Shown here one piece after another: positions 46,379-56,145 of a DNA stretch of 64,000 bases. The stretch lies in the IMG/VR virus record IMGVR_UViG_3300042191_000126. The stretch is one strand, 5' to 3'. Source of the DNA: an uncultured virus (IMG/VR IMGVR_UViG_3300042191_000126) (taxonomy: Duplodnaviria > Heunggongvirae > Uroviricota > Caudoviricetes). The notes beneath the pieces are model-generated. The model ran no database searches, was not told the origin of the DNA, and saw only the letters and a list, made by a program, of their open reading frames with translations. A program made the translations under genes and the position numbers. Position 1 is the stretch's first letter, and every line of letters begins with the position of its first letter.

Positions 46379-46834
46379 ATGAGCACCCTCATTCAGGGCT
46401 CTGAGCTGCGGGCCCTCAATTTCGGGCAGCGGGCGTCGAAGTCGACGGGCACGCTCGCTGCCACCACGGTGGCGCTGTTCACGGTGGCCGGGGGCCGGGT
46501 CGCGGTCACTTCCGTGTACGGCCTGGTTGGCACGGCGATCACCGTCGCCAACTCGTACAAGCTGCAGCACAACCCCACCACGGGAACCACCGTGGACCTG
46601 TGCGCAGCGACCGACATCGGCACCACCGACACCCCCGCCGGAGACCTCCTCAGTTTCACCGGCGAGGTCATCGGATCCAACCTCTCCCGCGGCGGGGCGG
46701 TAGAGACACTCCGCGCCCCGATCGTCCTCACCGCAGGGCAGATCGAATCCGTCTCCGCCGGCACCGACGGGGAGATCACCTGGGTCGTGACCTGGGTACC
46801 GCTCGACGACGGAGCATCCATGGAGGCTGCCTGA
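46379..46834 (+). CDS. Virion structural protein, paralog B
   Basis: Shares GQRASKSTGTLAATTVALFTVAGGRV and GQIESVSAGTDGEITWV. Confidence 0.75.
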   Translation: MSTLIQGSELRALNFGQRASKSTGTLAATTVALFTVAGGRVAVTSVYGLVGTAITVANSYKLQHNPTTGTTVDLCAATDIGTTDTPAGDLLSFTGEVIGSNLSRGGAVETLRAPIVLTAGQIESVSAGTDGEITWVVTWVPLDDGASMEAA

Positions 46835-46986
46835 TGACTGACTACATTTCGATCCTCGACGGGACCGTGTACAAGGTCCTCGACATGTCGAACCCGACGA
46901 TTCCGACGGTGATCGCCACGTGCGTGAGCCAGGCGACCGCCTCGGCAGTCGCAGCGGCACTGAACGCTGTGTAAGGGGGGCTGACC

Positions 46987-47451
46987 ATGGCTCTGTGGAG
47001 GTGCGAGGGCTGCACGACGCTGTACGCGGTGGGGCTCTCGCACTGCCCGCGCTGCCGCGGCACCCAGTTTCACGAGGAAGGACAACGCGTGCCGAAGATC
47101 TCCCGCCATGGCGGGCCGTCGGACAAGACCTTGCCCGCGCCGGACCATGTCGTCGTGGTGCTCGAGCCGCTCACCACGGCGGAGGTCGAGGATCTGCGCG
47201 AGCGTGGGCCGGCCGTGCACCAGGCCGTTCCCGATCCAGACCCGGAGGGAGGTGAGCTGTCATCGCCTGGGAGCAGCTCCTCAGCATCTACGCCGAAGCC
47301 GCCGACGAGCAGCGAGCCGAGCAAACCCGACCCCCGGTCGCGTGCCCGAATGACGGGGAACCGCTCGGCCAGGGGCCGGACGGAATCCTCTTCTGCCAGT
47401 TTGACGGCTGGACAGAGGACGGCTCCTACGTCGGGGCCTGACCGCGACTGA
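46987..47451 (+). CDS. Rubredoxin-like Zn-ribbon protein with low-complexity tail
   Basis: WRCEGC...CPRC. Confidence 0.6.
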   Translation: MALWRCEGCTTLYAVGLSHCPRCRGTQFHEEGQRVPKISRHGGPSDKTLPAPDHVVVVLEPLTTAEVEDLRERGPAVHQAVPDPDPEGGELSSPGSSSSASTPKPPTSSEPSKPDPRSRARMTGNRSARGRTESSSASLTAGQRTAPTSGPDRD

Positions 47452-47469
47452 TAGCCAGGGGAGGCCGTA

Positions 47470-47880
47470 GTGGCTGGCAGCATCGCGTTCAGCAGCTCCA
47501 CCGTCGGATCGCTGATCATCCGGTACACGTATGTGTGGACATCGGACGCGGCCGGTGTGGTCAGTGGCATCAGCCACGATCTGATCCATGGGGCGGTCAT
47601 TGCGGCGACGTTTTCCCCCGGTGCTGGCGGAGTCCAGCCGACGAACCTCTATGACGTCGCCCTGCGGTGCGATCAGCACAGCGTGGACGTCCTCAACGAA
47701 GAAGGCCTGGACAAGTCGAACACGGCCGGATCGCACCACGCGATCTTCTCCTACAACGCCGCGAAGGGTGTGTTCTTCCGGCAGTTCGTCCACGGCGGCG
47801 GATACACACTCGGCGTCACCAACGCCGGCGCTTCGAAGCAAGGGACCATGGAGATCTACGTGTCCCACGGGGTTCTGTAG
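47470..47880 (+). CDS. Hypothetical structural protein
   Basis: GGGAGG RBS. Confidence 0.65.
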   Translation: MAGSIAFSSSTVGSLIIRYTYVWTSDAAGVVSGISHDLIHGAVIAATFSPGAGGVQPTNLYDVALRCDQHSVDVLNEEGLDKSNTAGSHHAIFSYNAAKGVFFRQFVHGGGYTLGVTNAGASKQGTMEIYVSHGVL

Positions 47881-47892
47881 GAGGGGTGACAG

Positions 47893-48954
47893 GTGGCGAT
47901 CACCACTCCGGTCTACGCGACGCGTGAGGACGTCAAAGACGCCCTCGACGTCAAGGAGACCGCGCGGGCGAACAGCCGGATCGACCGGGCAATTGAGGCA
48001 GCGTCCCGAACGGTGGAAGGCCTGCTGCACCGCAGGTTCTACCCGCAGACCGCGACCCGCTACTTCGACTGGCCCAACGCTCAGCGCGCGCGGCCGTGGC
48101 GGCTGTGGCTGGACGACAACGAGCTGATCAGCATCACCACCCTGTCATCCGGGGGGACTACGATCGCCGCCTCTGACTTCTTCCTCGAACCCAACAGGAA
48201 CGGCCCGCCGTACAACCAGCTGCAGATCGACCTCGACAGCTCGGCCGCGTTCGGCGGCGGATCAACCCACCAGCGAGACATCACCATCACCGGCCTGTAC
48301 GGCTACACCAACGACGAGACCCTCGTGGGCGACGTCGACGAGGCCATGACCGCCACGGAGACAGACCTCGACGTCACCGACACCGCAGGCATCGGCGTCG
48401 GCAGCATCCTCCGCACCGGCACCGAACGCCTCCTCATCACCGAGAAGGCCATGAAGGACACCGGTGTGAACATCGACGCCGCCGACTCCCTCACCGCCAG
48501 CGTGGCCGACGTATCGATCACCATGTCCACCACCACCGCCGCGCCCACCGTCGGGGAGACGATCCTCATCGACTCCGAACGGATGCTCGTCGTCGACAAG
48601 GCCGGCGCCGTGCTGACCGTGAAACGCGCGTGGGACGGAAGTGTCCTCGCCACCCACGCAGCAGGCGCGGACATCTACGCACCCCGCACGTTGACCGTCA
48701 CCCGCGGGGCACTGGGCACCACCGCCGCGACCATGGCCGCCGGAGACGACCTGTACCGGTGGGACCCGCCCAGCCCGGTGCGGGAACTGACAATCGCCGA
48801 GGCCCTCAACACCCTGCTCCAGGGCCAGTCCGGGTACGCGCGCACTGTCGGCTCGGGCGAGAACACGCGCGAGATGCACGGCCGCGGCCTGCGGGAACTC
48901 CGCGAATCCGTCTACACGTCGCACGGCCGCAAGGGCCGCATTCGGGGAGTGTAG
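47893..48954 (+). CDS. Head-tail adaptor with inserted beta-rich repeats
   Basis: YATREDVK...IEAASRTVE...RRFY; twice LTV.R..(D/L)G(S/T)..ATH/M. Confidence 0.75.
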   Translation: MAITTPVYATREDVKDALDVKETARANSRIDRAIEAASRTVEGLLHRRFYPQTATRYFDWPNAQRARPWRLWLDDNELISITTLSSGGTTIAASDFFLEPNRNGPPYNQLQIDLDSSAAFGGGSTHQRDITITGLYGYTNDETLVGDVDEAMTATETDLDVTDTAGIGVGSILRTGTERLLITEKAMKDTGVNIDAADSLTASVADVSITMSTTTAAPTVGETILIDSERMLVVDKAGAVLTVKRAWDGSVLATHAAGADIYAPRTLTVTRGALGTTAATMAAGDDLYRWDPPSPVRELTIAEALNTLLQGQSGYARTVGSGENTREMHGRGLRELRESVYTSHGRKGRIRGV

Positions 48955-48956
48955 GC

Positions 48957-49349
48957 ATGCCAGATTTCGACGTCCGGGTCAACGTCAATGCCAGCGGACC
49001 GATGTTCAACGGGCAGGCGCAGCGGGCCGCCAACACGTACAGCGACCAGCTCCGCTACGAAGTCGCCCGGCAGGCCGAGGACATGATCCACGCCCGGCTG
49101 CGGCAGGTGCTGAAGCATCCGACCGGCTACTACGAGTCCCGCATCAGCGTGGAGCGGTCCGGGAACACCTACCGGGTCAACGACGGCAGAGTCGTGTACG
49201 GGCCATGGCTTGAGGGTCAGGGGAGCAGGAATTTCCCGGTGACCCGCTTCCGGGGCTACCAGACGTTCCGCAGGGTCAAGGCGTTGATCGACCGGCGGGC
49301 GAACGGCATCGCTCAGCGGATGCTGCGCCGCTACATCGGCCGGATGTGA
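48957..49349 (+). CDS. Neck/tail-completion protein
   Basis: PTGYYESRI...VYGPWLEG; position. Confidence 0.7.
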   Translation: MPDFDVRVNVNASGPMFNGQAQRAANTYSDQLRYEVARQAEDMIHARLRQVLKHPTGYYESRISVERSGNTYRVNDGRVVYGPWLEGQGSRNFPVTRFRGYQTFRRVKALIDRRANGIAQRMLRRYIGRM

Positions 49350-49355
49350 TCCGCG

Positions 49356-49811
49356 GTGGCACTGGACGTACAGGGAATCCTCAACGCCGTCGTCTCGCAC
49401 GTCGCGGCGTCCGGGTGGTTCGAGCGGGTCAATGCCCACGAGCCTGCTAACGCTCCCGGGCATGGGCTGACGGCAGCGGTGTGGGTGGACCGGATGGACA
49501 CGGTGCTGTCCTCCGGCCTGGCCTCCACAACCGGACGGCTGGTCTTCAACGTCCGCGTGTACACGTCGATGCAGCAGGAACCGGCCGACGCGATCGACCC
49601 GAACATGACCGCCGCGGCTGACGCCCTGTTCCGCGCGTACATCGGCGATTTCACGCTGGGCGGCCTGGTCCGCCAGGTCGATGTACGAGGCCAGCACGGG
49701 ATCGGCCTGGAGGCGCGGGCGGGCTACCTCGAGCAGGACGGCATGCTGCTGCGGGTCCTGACGATCACGCTTCCATGCATAGCTAATGACTTGTGGGACG
49801 AGACGCCGTAA
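49356..49811 (+). CDS. Tail terminator-like protein
   Basis: DFTLGGLV; position. Confidence 0.7.
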   Translation: MALDVQGILNAVVSHVAASGWFERVNAHEPANAPGHGLTAAVWVDRMDTVLSSGLASTTGRLVFNVRVYTSMQQEPADAIDPNMTAAADALFRAYIGDFTLGGLVRQVDVRGQHGIGLEARAGYLEQDGMLLRVLTITLPCIANDLWDETP

Positions 49812-49830
49812 CTGGTACGGTAGTCGTGTG

Positions 49831-50625
49831 ATGAAACGAGGTAAATACGAGCGCACTCCGGAGATGCGCGCCGCTGCAAGCGCGGCACGCAAGGGCCAGA
49901 AGTGCGCTGAAGGGTGTACCTGCAAGAAGCATTTGACCTATGAGCGGACGCCAGAGTCGCTCGCGAAGTTCGCCGAGTCGACCCGAGGTAGGAAGCAATC
50001 TCCGGAGGCTATTGCCAAGCGCACGGCTACACGCAAAGCCCGAGGCACGCTTGTAAAGCACGGCCACGGCAGCGCGAAAGAAGGACGTTCGCGCACCTAC
50101 TTCACGTGGATGAACATGATCCAACGCTGCACCAACGCGAGCGCTCCCGTTTACAAGTACTACGGCGGTCGCGGCATCGTGGTATGCGATCGCTGGCGTG
50201 ACTTTGCGAACTTCCTCGCTGACATGGGCGAGCGGCCCGATGGTCTGTCTATCGAACGCATCGACAACAACGGCAACTACGAACCGGGCAACTGCCGATG
50301 GGCAACCCAGGTTGAGCAGTGCAACAACAAGCGCCGAAACTCTAACTATGATCGGCCACCAAGAACGCCGGAATGCGGCCACCCCGATCGTCCGCACAAA
50401 GCACGCGGCATGTGCGGAGCCTGCTATTTCCGTTGGCGCGTCGGCCCGCAGAAGAAGGAAGTAGACCGACGTACGAAACTCACTGATGAGAACGTGGCCT
50501 GGGTCAAGGCAAATGCAGGCAGGCGCTCCCAGCGGGCTATGGCTGAAGCTCTTGGAGTGAGTTCGAGTACTATTTCCATGATCATCAACGGAAAGCGAAG
50601 GGCTAAGGGCCCCGTAAGACCCTGA
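49831..50625 (+). CDS. HNH-type homing endonuclease with NUMOD3-like repeats and C-terminal HTH
   Basis: WMNMIQRC...[12 protein letters not shown]...[26 protein letters not shown] twice. Confidence 0.88.
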   Translation: MKRGKYERTPEMRAAASAARKGQKCAEGCTCKKHLTYERTPESLAKFAESTRGRKQSPEAIAKRTATRKARGTLVKHGHGSAKEGRSRTYFTWMNMIQRCTNASAPVYKYYGGRGIVVCDRWRDFANFLADMGERPDGLSIERIDNNGNYEPGNCRWATQVEQCNNKRRNSNYDRPPRTPECGHPDRPHKARGMCGACYFRWRVGPQKKEVDRRTKLTDENVAWVKANAGRRSQRAMAEALGVSSSTISMIINGKRRAKGPVRP

Positions 50626-50674
50626 GCACATCGACTTAGCCTGCGCGGCGGCCAATGTCCGCGCTTCGACAACG

Positions 50675-50707
50675 AGCCCTACCAGCCCGCGGCTGGTGGG
50701 GCTTTCT
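50675..50707 (+). terminator. Hairpin after HNH gene
   Basis: AGCCCTACCAGCC / GGCTGGTGGGGCT then TTCT. Confidence 0.6.
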
Positions 50708-50723
50708 CGTGAAGGGAGGACGC

Positions 50724-51464
50724 GTGGCAAAGTCCTCGGGGCTTGGAGACTCATTCTACTTGTCCGGATATGACCTGTCTGGTGACCTCGGCAGCATCAG
50801 TACCTCTGGCGGCCCGGCCGCGCTGGAGGTCACCGGGATCGACAAGTCCGCTCCCGAGCGGATCGGTGGCCTGCGGACCGGTGGCATGTCCTGGTCCGCC
50901 TGGTTCAACCCAGCCGCGAACCAGGCGCACGACCGACTGGAAAACCTTCCGACAACGGACGTCATAGCGACCTACTTCCGGGGCACGACACTGGGCGACC
51001 AGTCGGCGAACCTGGTCGCGAAACAGCTCAACTACGACGGCACCCGCGGTAACGACGGAGCATTCAGCTTCGCTGTGGAGGCGCAGTCCAACGGCTACGG
51101 CGTCGAGTGGGGCCGCTCCCTGACTGCGGGGAAGCGCACCGACACTGCGGCCACCAACGGCACTTCGGTGGATTTCGGCACCGGCTCCACGACATTCGGG
51201 CTGCAGGCCTACCTCCACGTTTTTGCTTTCACCGGGACCAGCGTGACGGTGTCGCTGGAGGAGTCCTCGGACAATGGCACCGATCCGTGGGCTGCGGTCA
51301 CCGGAGGTGCGTTCACCGCGGCGACGGGGATCACGTCGCAGCGGATCGCGACCTCTGCCGTCCAGACGGTGGAGCGGTATCTGCGGGTCGTCACGACCGG
51401 CACGTTCACCAACGCGGTGTTCGCCGTATCCGTGGTGCGCAACGACACGGCGACGGCCTTCTAG
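50724..51464 (+). CDS. Tail tube-like protein with extra C-terminal domain
   Basis: GGGAGG RBS; MAKSSGLG...LEVTGIDKSAPERI. Confidence 0.7.
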   Translation: MAKSSGLGDSFYLSGYDLSGDLGSISTSGGPAALEVTGIDKSAPERIGGLRTGGMSWSAWFNPAANQAHDRLENLPTTDVIATYFRGTTLGDQSANLVAKQLNYDGTRGNDGAFSFAVEAQSNGYGVEWGRSLTAGKRTDTAATNGTSVDFGTGSTTFGLQAYLHVFAFTGTSVTVSLEESSDNGTDPWAAVTGGAFTAATGITSQRIATSAVQTVERYLRVVTTGTFTNAVFAVSVVRNDTATAF

Positions 51465-51472
51465 GGGGCGTG

Positions 51473-51910
51473 ATGCGTGAGATGAACCGAAATGACCGTC
51501 TGCTTCTGGCGCCGGGCGCGTACCAGACGTACAGCATCACCAAACCGCGGGACACCCTCATCCGAGCAGTGTGTGAGCAGGTCGGGTGTGCGGCGTGGCG
51601 GTACGGGTGGGAGTCGACAGTCGACGAGTCCACCGGACTGGGCCGGTCGCAGGCTGTGTACATCCGGCAGCGGTCGCGGCGGACGTTCACCGAGACGTGC
51701 ACCGGAGCCGGGCTGACGGTGTTCCGATTCGAGTCCGGCCAGAGGTGCTTCGCGAATCACGAGACGAGGCCGGAGATCTACGTGGTCCGGGATGGGGACT
51801 GGCGGGGAAACCCGACCGGGCGGGCGCGTACCCATCAGCGGCCGGCGGATTGGGTCGAGGATTTCGGACTCAATCAGCAGCGACTCGGAGACGACAAGCA
51901 GCGCGGTTAG
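51473..51910 (+). CDS. Hypothetical protein
   Basis: CEQVGC..W.YGW; ORF in tail module. Confidence 0.7.
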   Translation: MREMNRNDRLLLAPGAYQTYSITKPRDTLIRAVCEQVGCAAWRYGWESTVDESTGLGRSQAVYIRQRSRRTFTETCTGAGLTVFRFESGQRCFANHETRPEIYVVRDGDWRGNPTGRARTHQRPADWVEDFGLNQQRLGDDKQRG

Positions 51911-52021
51911 CTACCGCTTTCCCATTTTTCGAGGTCCGGACTTTTTTGGTCCGGGCCTTTCTCGTATCTGGATAAGAGGAGCGGCGTCGGCTGCCCTCTT
52001 GATTAATGGAGGGCAGTCGCT

Positions 52022-52432
52022 TTGGCCAAGGAAGCAGGGATCGGATGGTCGGTGTGCAGCATCGACGATAGTGGCGGCACCCCGGTCGCCATCGTGAATG
52101 ACATCACGAACCTTCAATTCGCCACCCCCCGCGCAGTACAAGACGTCACCGGCCTCGACAAGTCGGCGATGGAACGCCTCCTCCTCCTCGCCGACTTCTC
52201 CATCACCCTCAACGGCGTCTTCAACGACGACGCCTCGGTCGGCAGCCACACCGTGTTCAAGACCGTGCCATCCACATCCGTGGCACGCACAACAACACTC
52301 ACCGTGTCCGGGCAGACCCTCGCGAACGAGGTCTTCTACACGGACTACCCGCTCAGCAGGTCCGACTCCGGCGAGCTCACATTCGCTGTTCCGGGCGTGC
52401 TGTCCGGTGGTGTCGTTCCGACTTGGTCCTGA
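52022..52432 (+). CDS. Major tail (tube) protein
   Basis: MAKEAGIG...QDVTGLDKSAMERL; precedes chaperone. Confidence 0.75.
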   Translation: MAKEAGIGWSVCSIDDSGGTPVAIVNDITNLQFATPRAVQDVTGLDKSAMERLLLLADFSITLNGVFNDDASVGSHTVFKTVPSTSVARTTTLTVSGQTLANEVFYTDYPLSRSDSGELTFAVPGVLSGGVVPTWS

Positions 52433-52444
52433 AGGGGGAGCGCT

Positions 52445-52843
52445 GTGGGCTACCGGCACAAGCCGAAGAACATCGTTCTCAAATTCGACGAGGGCTCCGA
52501 CTATCCCGGGTTCGAGTGCACTCTCCGGGGTCTCACCCTCGGCGAGTACCGGGAGGTCATCGGGATTGACGAGGTCGACAACGTCGCGATCGGCAGCATG
52601 CTCGACTCGTTCGCCACGGCTCTCATCTCCTGGAATCTGGAGGACGAGCAGGGCCATCCCGTGGCGCCGACTCCGGAGGCCGTGCTTGCGCAGGACAAGG
52701 ACCTCATGCTGAAGGCCGCCGAATCCTGGATCGATGCGATCCACGGGGTGCCCGCCCCTTTGGGGCAGAGCTCGCCCGATGGCGCGCCGTCCCCGGAGGT
52801 GTCGATTCCGATGGACGTCCTGTCACCAAGCCTGGCGAGCTAG
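52445..52843 (+). CDS. Tail assembly chaperone (G)
   Basis: LISWNLEDEQG; upstream of tape measure. Confidence 0.85.
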   Translation: MGYRHKPKNIVLKFDEGSDYPGFECTLRGLTLGEYREVIGIDEVDNVAIGSMLDSFATALISWNLEDEQGHPVAPTPEAVLAQDKDLMLKAAESWIDAIHGVPAPLGQSSPDGAPSPEVSIPMDVLSPSLAS

Positions 52844-52986
52844 CCGAGGCCGAGATGATCCTCGGCCTGTGCGACCGGTTTCACTGCCTTCCCTCCGAGC
52901 TGCTTGCTGAGGATGCCGTGCTGTTGCGGCTCCTGGCGATCGAGCGGCTCGGCACCCCAGAGACGTACGGCGATGCGGAGGGGTGA
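52756..52986 (+). other. -1 programmed frameshift site and GT extension frame
   Basis: Slippery C CCT TTG (52756-52762); -1 frame open to TGA 52986, includes LCDRFHCLPSELLAED. Confidence 0.75.
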
Positions 52987-52992
52987 CGGGCT

Positions 52993-55596
52993 GTGGCTGA
53001 TGACGTGAACATCGTCGTACGGGTCCGGAATGCGACCCGCGCGGGTTTCGATTCGGTCAGCTATTCGCTATCGCGGATGGTGCGGCAGGCGTCCGAGGGC
53101 GAGAAGAGTTTCGGCCGGTGGCAGGCGTCGGCGATCAGTCTGGCGCCGGCCCTAATTCCGGTGGCTGCGGCGGCTGTTCCGATTGCTGCGTCGCTGGCTT
53201 CTGCTGGTGCTGCTGTGGGTGCGTTCGGCGCTGCCGTTGGCGGCCAGGTAGTGGCGCTGGGGGAAGCTTCCGATGCGGAGACCAAATACTCCGATGCGGT
53301 CGATGAGCACGGTAAGGCCAGTAAGGAGGCCGTGCAGGCGGAGCTGGCGTTCACGCGGGCAGTGGCGAAGTTGCCGCCTGCTACTCGTCAGGCGGCGGCT
53401 GGTTTGTCGTCGATGAAGGAGCAGTACAAGGCGTGGTCCGATTCGCTGGCGGACGACACGATGCCGGTGTTCACGAAAGCGTTCGCGACGCTGAGTGGTC
53501 TTTTCCCGAAGCTGACGCCGATGGTGAAGGGCGCGGCAGGTGAACTTGACCGGTTCGTGACGATCATCGCAGGTGGTATGGAGTCGCCAGGCTTTGACCG
53601 TTTCATGGCGAAGTTCTCCGATTTTGCGACGAAGGGCCTGCAGCGGGTCAACGACTCCATGGTCCGGTTCATGCGCACACTGGATGTCGGGAAGGTCGGC
53701 GGCGGGCTGTCCGAGTTCATGGACTACGCGCGGGCGAATGGCCCGTTGGTGGGCGAGACGCTCGGCAACATTGCGCGGGCCATGATCAAAGTGCTGGTGG
53801 CTGCGTCTGATGTGGGCGTGGGTCTACTGCAGGTAGTCAACGCGTTCGCGAAACTTGTGGCGGCGCTGCCGACGGGGTTGGTGAGCACGCTCCTGCAGGT
53901 GGCGGTCGCGTTCAAGGCGGTGAAGCTGGCGGCGGCTGGGTTCTCGGTGGTGTCCGCCGGCCTGTTGGCGGTATCGGCGAATATCGTTGCGATGCGCTCG
54001 GCGGCCGGTGGCGCGACTGGCCGTGTTGCTGGGCTGGCGGCTGCGCTGGGCGCGCTGTCGACCAAGGCGAAGATTGCGCTCGCGGCGACGGGCATCGGGC
54101 TGCTGGTGACGGCTGTAACGCAGTTGTCGAAGTCGAGCCGTCAGACTCCGCCTGATGTCGACCGGTTGACGACGTCGCTGGGGAAACTCGGGCAGTCCGG
54201 CAAGGTCAGTGGTGAGGCCGCGCGGCTGTTCGGCAAGGACTTGGACGGGCTGTACGAGTCGATCAGGGCTGTCGCGGATCCGTCCGCAGCAGACAAAATC
54301 GAGCAGGGCATCGGCAAGGCCCTGGGGAAGATCGACTCCAGTTCGGCGAAAGAGGCAGCGGAGCAGCTCGACGGGATCGACAAGGCGCTCGCGAACCTCG
54401 TGCGAGGTGGCAAGGCCGAGCTGGCAGCGGCTGCGCTGGACGGCATGGCTGCTGCGTATTCCAAGACCGGCAAGGACGCGGACAAGTTCCGTGCGCGGCT
54501 GGACGACTACAAGGCTGCGCTGGCGGATGCGGCGTTCGAGCAGGAGCTGGCGGCAAAGGCGCAGGGCCTGTTTGGTGAGCAGGCATTGGTGACCGGCCGC
54601 AAGCTCGCCGAGCAGAAAGCCTCCGCGGATGGGCTGCGCGGGGCGATCCAGGCGCTGAACGATGTCCAACGGCAGGGCCTGGGCGGAATGATTGGTTTCG
54701 AGGCTGCGATCGACGCAGCATCCAAAGCTGCGAAGGAAAACGCTGGCTCGCTGAACATGGTCGGCGGGAAGCTCGACCTCAATAGCGAGAAGTCGAGGAC
54801 GGCCGCGACGGCGTTGCAGGATCTGGCCTCGAAAACTGATGAGGCAGCTGGAGCTGCGCGGGAGTCCGGCGAGTCGTGGGAAACCGTGAATGGTATCTAT
54901 GACCGGGGCCGGAAGAAACTGATTGAGTCGGCTATGCAGATGGGCCTCACCAGGACCGAGGCTAAGAAGCTGGCGGACCAGATCCTGAAAACGCCAGACA
55001 AGACCGCCCGCCTGAAGGGGGACGTCGAGGACCTTCGGCGGAAGGTCAATATTGCGAAGGATCGGCTCAGGTCGGTGCCGCAGTCCAAGCGGTCGCGCCT
55101 GCTGCTGAACATTCGGGATGTGGAGTCGAGCGTCCGCCGGGCGAAGAGAAGCATCGCCTCGGTCAAAAGCAAGTCGGTCACCATCCACGCCAACTATGTG
55201 AGCACGTCGTCCGGGTCGGCGTTCAACGTGGCGAAAAACCGCCGCGCCACGGGTGGTGTTGTTGGTGGTCATGCGCAGGGTGGTGGGCCGCGCTCGGCGT
55301 TGACGCTGGTGGGTGAGCAGGGCCCGGAGTTGGTGCAGTTGCCGTTCGGGTCGATGGTCCGGTCCAATGCGGACACGCGGCGCATGATGCGGTCCCGGCC
55401 GTGGTGGGAGGGCTCGTCCGGCGGGGCCGCGCTGCAGCAGCGGCGGCGGCAGGAGATCCAGCCGTCGTCCGGCGAGCCGATGATCGTGAACCTGTCCCTC
55501 GACGGGAAAAGCCTCGTGCGGCTGCTGGTCGACCCTCTGCGCCGGGAGATCAAAAACCTGAGCGGCGGGAACGTGCAGGCCGCCCTCGGCCGGTAA
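52993..55596 (+). CDS. Tape measure protein
   Basis: 867 aa Ala/Gly-rich helical; ATGG...LVGEQGPEL. Confidence 0.92.
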   Translation: MADDVNIVVRVRNATRAGFDSVSYSLSRMVRQASEGEKSFGRWQASAISLAPALIPVAAAAVPIAASLASAGAAVGAFGAAVGGQVVALGEASDAETKYSDAVDEHGKASKEAVQAELAFTRAVAKLPPATRQAAAGLSSMKEQYKAWSDSLADDTMPVFTKAFATLSGLFPKLTPMVKGAAGELDRFVTIIAGGMESPGFDRFMAKFSDFATKGLQRVNDSMVRFMRTLDVGKVGGGLSEFMDYARANGPLVGETLGNIARAMIKVLVAASDVGVGLLQVVNAFAKLVAALPTGLVSTLLQVAVAFKAVKLAAAGFSVVSAGLLAVSANIVAMRSAAGGATGRVAGLAAALGALSTKAKIALAATGIGLLVTAVTQLSKSSRQTPPDVDRLTTSLGKLGQSGKVSGEAARLFGKDLDGLYESIRAVADPSAADKIEQGIGKALGKIDSSSAKEAAEQLDGIDKALANLVRGGKAELAAAALDGMAAAYSKTGKDADKFRARLDDYKAALADAAFEQELAAKAQGLFGEQALVTGRKLAEQKASADGLRGAIQALNDVQRQGLGGMIGFEAAIDAASKAAKENAGSLNMVGGKLDLNSEKSRTAATALQDLASKTDEAAGAARESGESWETVNGIYDRGRKKLIESAMQMGLTRTEAKKLADQILKTPDKTARLKGDVEDLRRKVNIAKDRLRSVPQSKRSRLLLNIRDVESSVRRAKRSIASVKSKSVTIHANYVSTSSGSAFNVAKNRRATGGVVGGHAQGGGPRSALTLVGEQGPELVQLPFGSMVRSNADTRRMMRSRPWWEGSSGGAALQQRRRQEIQPSSGEPMIVNLSLDGKSLVRLLVDPLRREIKNLSGGNVQAALGR

Positions 55597-55629
55597 CAGC
55601 AAGCCCCCAATCCTCGGAGGACAGCACCA

Positions 55630-56142
55630 GTGCACCGCTACAAAATTTACAACGGCGCCATGCCGACCACCTCGAACCGGACCGGGGTGACCACCGGCAC
55701 CGCCATCAAAACGATGCTGCAACTGGCCACCCCGTCGAACCGCCAACTCCAGGTCATCTCCTGGGGATTCAGCATGGACCGGGCTCCTGCCACCACCGGA
55801 TCCGGCGTCGTCGAGCTCATCCAGACCGATGTGGCTGCCACCGTCACGGCCAGCGTGGCAGCCGATGTGCACCCGCTGGACCCCGGTGCTCCGGCGTCGC
55901 TCCTGACCCTCGGCACCACGTCCACCGGCTACACGTCCACCTCCGAGGGGACGCCGACCGCGACCCGCCTGTTCGACGCCACTCACGTCACGGGGGTTTC
56001 CAACGGGGCGTCTCCGACCAGCTACGGCTACCAGTTCATGCCGGATGAACGGCCCGTTGTGGCCGTGTCAAGGTTTCTGCGGGTGAGGGCGAATTTCACC
56101 GCCGCAGTCAACTTGATCGCATGGGTTTGCTGGGACGAGTGA
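55630..56142 (+). CDS. Minor tail protein
   Basis: GGAGG RBS; Thr-rich; position. Confidence 0.65.
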   Translation: MHRYKIYNGAMPTTSNRTGVTTGTAIKTMLQLATPSNRQLQVISWGFSMDRAPATTGSGVVELIQTDVAATVTASVAADVHPLDPGAPASLLTLGTTSTGYTSTSEGTPTATRLFDATHVTGVSNGASPTSYGYQFMPDERPVVAVSRFLRVRANFTAAVNLIAWVCWDE

Positions 56143-56145
56143 GGG

